A DNA stretch of 8,493 bases. It comes from a virus (Duplodnaviria; Heunggongvirae; Uroviricota; Caudoviricetes). Below the pieces are notes generated by a model that worked only from the letters and a program-made list of their open reading frames with translations, had not been told where the DNA came from and did no database searches. Where the stretch lies: the IMG/VR virus record IMGVR_UViG_2703718808_000008, positions 1 to 8,493 of that record; one strand, 5' to 3'. The first letter of the stretch is position 1, and each line of letters opens with the position of its first letter. The position numbers and the translations under genes are program-made. Positions 5,445 to 8,493 of the stretch are shown in pieces.

Positions 5445-7193
5445 TTATAAAAACGCGTCGCAATCGTCTGTTGTAATTGCGTTGGTCTGCGTTACTCCCT
5501 TAACTTTTCGCGTAATATATTCATGCCCGTAAACTTTCGCCGCTGGCTTCATGGCCTTGCTGAACTCAGCCACGTTTAGCGGTTTGCTCCTGCCTGCGTA
5601 TGCCATAAACGCCAGATAGACGCGGTAAAGGCTGTTCCTGGTCGTGTACTTCACTGAATCACCACCGCCACCCATCATCAGGCCGCGCGCTTCCTCCAGA
5701 AAATTCAGGAACTGGCAAAACTCAATAACCGGATCCGTCTGTTGCTTTATCGCCAGTGCTTCATCTCCGTCACGCTGTTCCAGTAGTAAAGCCCGTGCCT
5801 TCTCAGGGTCGGTAAAGTTCGCCAGCAAGCGGCGGATAATAACGGGGATTTCAGCCGCGATCTTTTCCGGTAGTTCCCTGTCTTTTTCGGCCTCACTGAC
5901 GATATTGTCGAAACGGAAAATCACGCGACGACGTGCCACACCTCCGGCCCGTTCGGTGAATATCATCGGGTTATTGTTGGTCGCCAGCACCACCGCCCTG
6001 ATTACCGCCGTGAAACGCTTTTCATATTTCGGGTTTATTTCCACGGGGTCGCCGCCCGTGATTTTCTTGATGCCCGTTCCTTCGCCTGTATATTTCGGCT
6101 GGTCTGCCAGGACGATAAGACGACTCCCGACAACCTGCGCACGTCCACCAGCATCATCAAGCGATGTCATTTCAGCGCTTACCGTGTTCTGTTTCCCTGC
6201 CAGAAGGCTGGCTATGTGCGTGAATGTACTTTTACCGCTCCCGCCATCTCCTGTGGCCTCAATAAACATCTGCCAGTCGTACCGGTTCGCCATAATCATG
6301 TACAGCGCGGCACATATACGCATCATCTTGTGCGGGTCTTTTCCGGCTGCGTGCTCAAGCCATTTATGAAAGTTTGGCGCGTTGTCGCAAATGTTCTCCC
6401 CTGGTGCTGGTGGCGTGTACTCAATGCCGTTGTGCGTGGTGATCCAGTTCTCCGGCGTGTGCGGGGAAAATTCCCCCGTTTTCAGGTCAAGTGCACCATT
6501 GGCGAACGGCAACAAATCGCCGGACGGCTCGCCCATTGGTTCGGCAATAACTTTTAACGCTTCCACGGCGTTATTGATTACGCGTTTGCTGAAAGTGGCC
6601 CTGTGCTCTGAATAGATCGCCACCATTTCGCGGCTCAGCTCCATTGTGCTGACCGGACACCATACCCCGCCGCGCCATACGTGAACGATTTCACTTTCCG
6701 GATGCACACAAACGCCATCAAAGCGCTCGGCAAGCAGCTGCGCGCGCTCACTGTCTGCCATTTGTGCCAGTTGCGTATTTTTCTGCTCCGGCATGGTAAG
6801 CCCTGCGGCAATATTTTCACGCTCAGCATTCAGATAGCGCCGCCAGTTTTCACACTTCTGGACGTGCATTCCTTCGTGGTAAAAATTTGCGTCCTGAATA
6901 TCTGCCGCCGCCAGCTTCTGACCAATCTTTTTGGTCTCCACTAAATCCAGTTCTCCGGCCTGGTACAGCCTTACGCGCTTTTTCCCATCCGGAACAATTT
7001 TCAGCGCATCAAGTTCGGCAAGCTGATTTGGCCCAAGCCACACAGGCGGCACATTATCGCCGGATGCGGGGCCATCCTGCTCCTGCCATTGTTTCGCGTG
7101 CGACCAGGCATCACTACCCGCAAAGATAATTACCTCTGTGTCTTTGTGTTTTATTCCGCGTGGCTGTTTTTTTACGTTCGGTGCCAGTTTCAT
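5445..7193 (-). CDS. Primase/helicase, P4 alpha (D5-like) family
   Basis: 582-aa ORF with Walker A GDGGSGKST and the size and layout of P4-family primase-helicase proteins; SD AGGGGT; start overlaps upstream ORF stop (ATGA). Confidence 0.9.
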   Translation of the reverse strand: MKLAPNVKKQPRGIKHKDTEVIIFAGSDAWSHAKQWQEQDGPASGDNVPPVWLGPNQLAELDALKIVPDGKKRVRLYQAGELDLVETKKIGQKLAAADIQDANFYHEGMHVQKCENWRRYLNAERENIAAGLTMPEQKNTQLAQMADSERAQLLAERFDGVCVHPESEIVHVWRGGVWCPVSTMELSREMVAIYSEHRATFSKRVINNAVEALKVIAEPMGEPSGDLLPFANGALDLKTGEFSPHTPENWITTHNGIEYTPPAPGENICDNAPNFHKWLEHAAGKDPHKMMRICAALYMIMANRYDWQMFIEATGDGGSGKSTFTHIASLLAGKQNTVSAEMTSLDDAGGRAQVVGSRLIVLADQPKYTGEGTGIKKITGGDPVEINPKYEKRFTAVIRAVVLATNNNPMIFTERAGGVARRRVIFRFDNIVSEAEKDRELPEKIAAEIPVIIRRLLANFTDPEKARALLLEQRDGDEALAIKQQTDPVIEFCQFLNFLEEARGLMMGGGGDSVKYTTRNSLYRVYLAFMAYAGRSKPLNVAEFSKAMKPAAKVYGHEYITRKVKGVTQTNAITTDDCDAFL

Positions 7194-7489
7194 TTTTTAC
7201 CCCTGAATACGTTAAGCATCTTTTTTATTTCCTGAATATTGGCGCGTGCTTTCTCCCTGCTGGTGGGCACGTTACGCGGTACGGCCTGCACAAGAGAAAA
7301 ATCACGGTCGAACTGATAAACAGGCATCACGCAATCATATTCGTAGCCTTCACGACGGTAAGTTACGCGCCGTTCCTCCACGCCCTTAATCATTACCGTG
7401 CCGCCGTACTGGTCGCGGTAAATATCACCGCGCATGAATTTAGTGCGAGTTTTGCCACTGGCAGTTAAGCCAGAATATTTAAGTTTCAT
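7190..7489 (-). CDS. Hypothetical protein, 99 aa, coupled to primase
   Basis: SD GGAGAA upstream of ATG at 7489; stop overlaps the primase start. No family recognised. Confidence 0.65.
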   Translation of the reverse strand: MKLKYSGLTASGKTRTKFMRGDIYRDQYGGTVMIKGVEERRVTYRREGYEYDCVMPVYQFDRDFSLVQAVPRNVPTSREKARANIQEIKKMLNVFRGKK

Positions 7490-7494
7490 TATTT

Positions 7495-7725
7495 TTATTC
7501 TCCGGTGTGGGGCGCGTTATTATTTTCGTGAATTGCCATTGCCTTATCCAGTTCATCAATAACAGGCGATAGTAATGTCTGAACGGCGGCAAGCATTAAT
7601 GACGAAGATTCTTCTCCAGCTTCCGTTGCTTCAATTAATTTAATTAACAACACATTCATTTCGCGTGCTTTAATTAATGCGTTTTCAGAGTGGATTAATA
7701 CTTCAAAAGGGATTTTATGCATCAC
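7495..7725 (-). CDS. Hypothetical small protein, about 75 aa
   Basis: GTG at 7725 (SD AAGGGAG, 7-nt spacing) or ATG at 7722; 5-bp gap to the downstream ORF. Predicted helical, no family recognised. Confidence 0.55.
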   Translation of the reverse strand: MMHKIPFEVLIHSENALIKAREMNVLLIKLIEATEAGEESSSLMLAAVQTLLSPVIDELDKAMAIHENNNAPHTGE

Positions 7726-7945
7726 AAATTTTCTCCCTTATTCTTTTAATGTCCTCATTAAGGATGTCTGTAACTTTTATCAGCGAGTTTTTGGCAATTA
7801 TTTTTATTGTTTTAAGTTTTCTTTTGTCGTGCTCCGACTGTGATTTTCTCTCCATGCTCTCCACCATGTGGGTAACATCAACGAGCGCACGTATCAGTAT
7901 TTGCATTGCTTCTTCTGCTGCGTCCGGTGTGGTTTTATTGTGCAT
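7715..7945 (-). CDS. Hypothetical small protein, 76 aa, first gene of the replication operon
   Basis: ATG at 7943-7945 preceded by SD AGGGGGA (the track's 7987 start is a GTG without SD); overlaps the next ORF by 11 nt. Confidence 0.5.
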   Translation of the reverse strand: MHNKTTPDAAEEAMQILIRALVDVTHMVESMERKSQSEHDKRKLKTIKIIAKNSLIKVTDILNEDIKRIREKICDA

Positions 7946-8057
7946 AGGTTTCCCCCTGGCGAATACGGGCGGCAAATACAGCAACACAACCGGACGGGCA
8001 ACGGCTACGCGCTTCGCGTTCCGTCCAGGCGGTTACGTGGATGATTTGAGATTCTCC

Positions 8058-8101
8058 GGCACTCAGTGCCAGAAAACGCCACACAAAGGCCGTTTGTGTG
8101 T
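8058..8101. promoter_or_regulatory. Two adjacent palindromes in the divergent control region (candidate operators)
   Basis: GGCACT-C-AGTGCC at 8058-8070 and CACACAAA-GGCCG-TTTGTGTG at 8081-8101, upstream of the minus-strand replication operon. Confidence 0.3.
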
Positions 8102-8209
8102 GTGCTAGTCGTGGGGTATGATTTACGGCAACCATAAATTTACCTCTCTATAGTGTTTGTGGTTAGACGCCCTGCATGTGTTCCAGCACTGTGGGGCGTT
8201 GTTTTTTTG

Positions 8210-8279
8210 GTGCAAGTCACCTTGAAATCTAGGTTACTTTTAGGTGACTTGCACTTCAAGTCTTTTTTTATTTTTTTTT
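8210..8279 (+). other. Long inverted repeat followed by a T-run (operator or plus-strand terminator)
   Basis: Perfect 13-bp arms GTGCAAGTCACCT (8210-8222) / AGGTGACTTGCAC (8242-8254), interleaved second pair CTTGAA/TTCAAG, then T-rich tract 8263-8279; about 40 bp upstream of the plus-strand gene start. Confidence 0.4.
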
Positions 8280-8320
8280 CTCCGTATACTGAACACCACC
8301 TAACAGTAAGGAGAACAGAG

Positions 8321-8493
8321 ATGCCAACAGGTACAACCAACAACAAGTCACAACAAAAAACTGCTAGAGTACCTCTAGACGTTTTAAGCGAAATGAATTT
8401 GGTAAAAGAAGAAAACGAAACAGACGCACAATTTATCGTTACTGCCATGCGCGGCGAAATCAAACGCCGCCAGCGTCGCAAGGCCAAAGAATC
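8321..8493 (+). CDS. Partial CDS (5' end only) of unknown function, divergent from the replication operon
   Basis: ATG at 8321 preceded by SD AAGGAG at 7-nt spacing; frame open to the window end (MPTGTTNNKSQQKTARVPLDVLSEMNLVKEENETDAQFIVTAMRGEIKRRQRRKAKE...); noticeably more A-rich than the minus-strand genes. Confidence 0.55.
   Translation, partial: MPTGTTNNKSQQKTARVPLDVLSEMNLVKEENETDAQFIVTAMRGEIKRRQRRKAKE

Larger units (their letters stand above)
1..8493. mobile_element. Partial phage satellite / phage-inducible chromosomal island-like element; ends not in window
   Basis: Co-occurrence of P4 alpha-family primase/helicase, iteron origin, lambda-type cos, Nu1-like TerS and lambda E/D-like capsid genes without TerL, portal or tail genes; one-directional operon layout with 1-4 nt gene overlaps. 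Confidence 0.65.

Noticed and set aside
5644-7129. Plus-strand track ORFs inside the primase gene (5644..6369, 6216..6557, 6382..6615, 6681..6944, 6887..7129)
   Set aside because: All antisense to the 582-aa primase/helicase ORF, which has a Walker A motif and translational coupling; these are frame shadows.
4440-8000. Recognisable anti-phage defence, toxin-antitoxin or restriction system
   Set aside because: I looked for nuclease, ATPase, reverse transcriptase or TA-like signatures among the unassigned ORFs and found none; the small unknown ORFs remain candidates only by position.
7677-8108. Track ORF 7677..8108 (+), 143 aa
   Set aside because: Antisense to two small minus-strand genes with good SDs and runs into the control region; no RBS.
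8209-8262. Possible tRNA near the right end (TTCAAGTC resembles a T-loop)
   Set aside because: The region is a perfect 13-bp-arm inverted repeat, not a cloverleaf, and I found no convincing tRNA anywhere in the window.
8140-8487. Track ORF 8140..8487 (-), 115 aa
   Set aside because: Spans the inverted repeat and T tract and is antisense to the plus-strand gene with a canonical AAGGAG SD; the translation looks like frame noise.
1-8493. Integrase, excisionase or attachment sites
   Set aside because: No tyrosine- or serine-recombinase-like ORF is present and no att core can be assigned without flanking sequence; the element's ends lie outside the window.

Overview
This window looks like the core of a helper-dependent phage satellite (PICI / P4-like class) from an enterobacterium, encoded almost entirely on the minus strand. 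Reading right to left: a regulatory region with palindromes and the 5' end of a divergent plus-strand gene; three small ORFs coupled to a P4 alpha-family primase/helicase; an iteron-rich putative origin; a small ORF and an SSB-like gene; an AT-rich intergenic region with a promoter/operator and a bidirectional terminator; a capsid operon (68-aa ORF, lambda gpE-like major capsid protein, lambda gpD-like decoration protein, 137-aa ORF); a lambda Nu1-like small terminase gene flanked by two inverted cos-like sequences, one carrying a canonical lambda-type cosN; a 93-aa ORF; and a structured non-coding region with direct repeats and palindromes. No large terminase, portal, protease, tail or integrase gene is in the window. 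All homology calls come from comparing the supplied translations with reference sequences recalled from memory; no database search was run and no element boundaries are visible.
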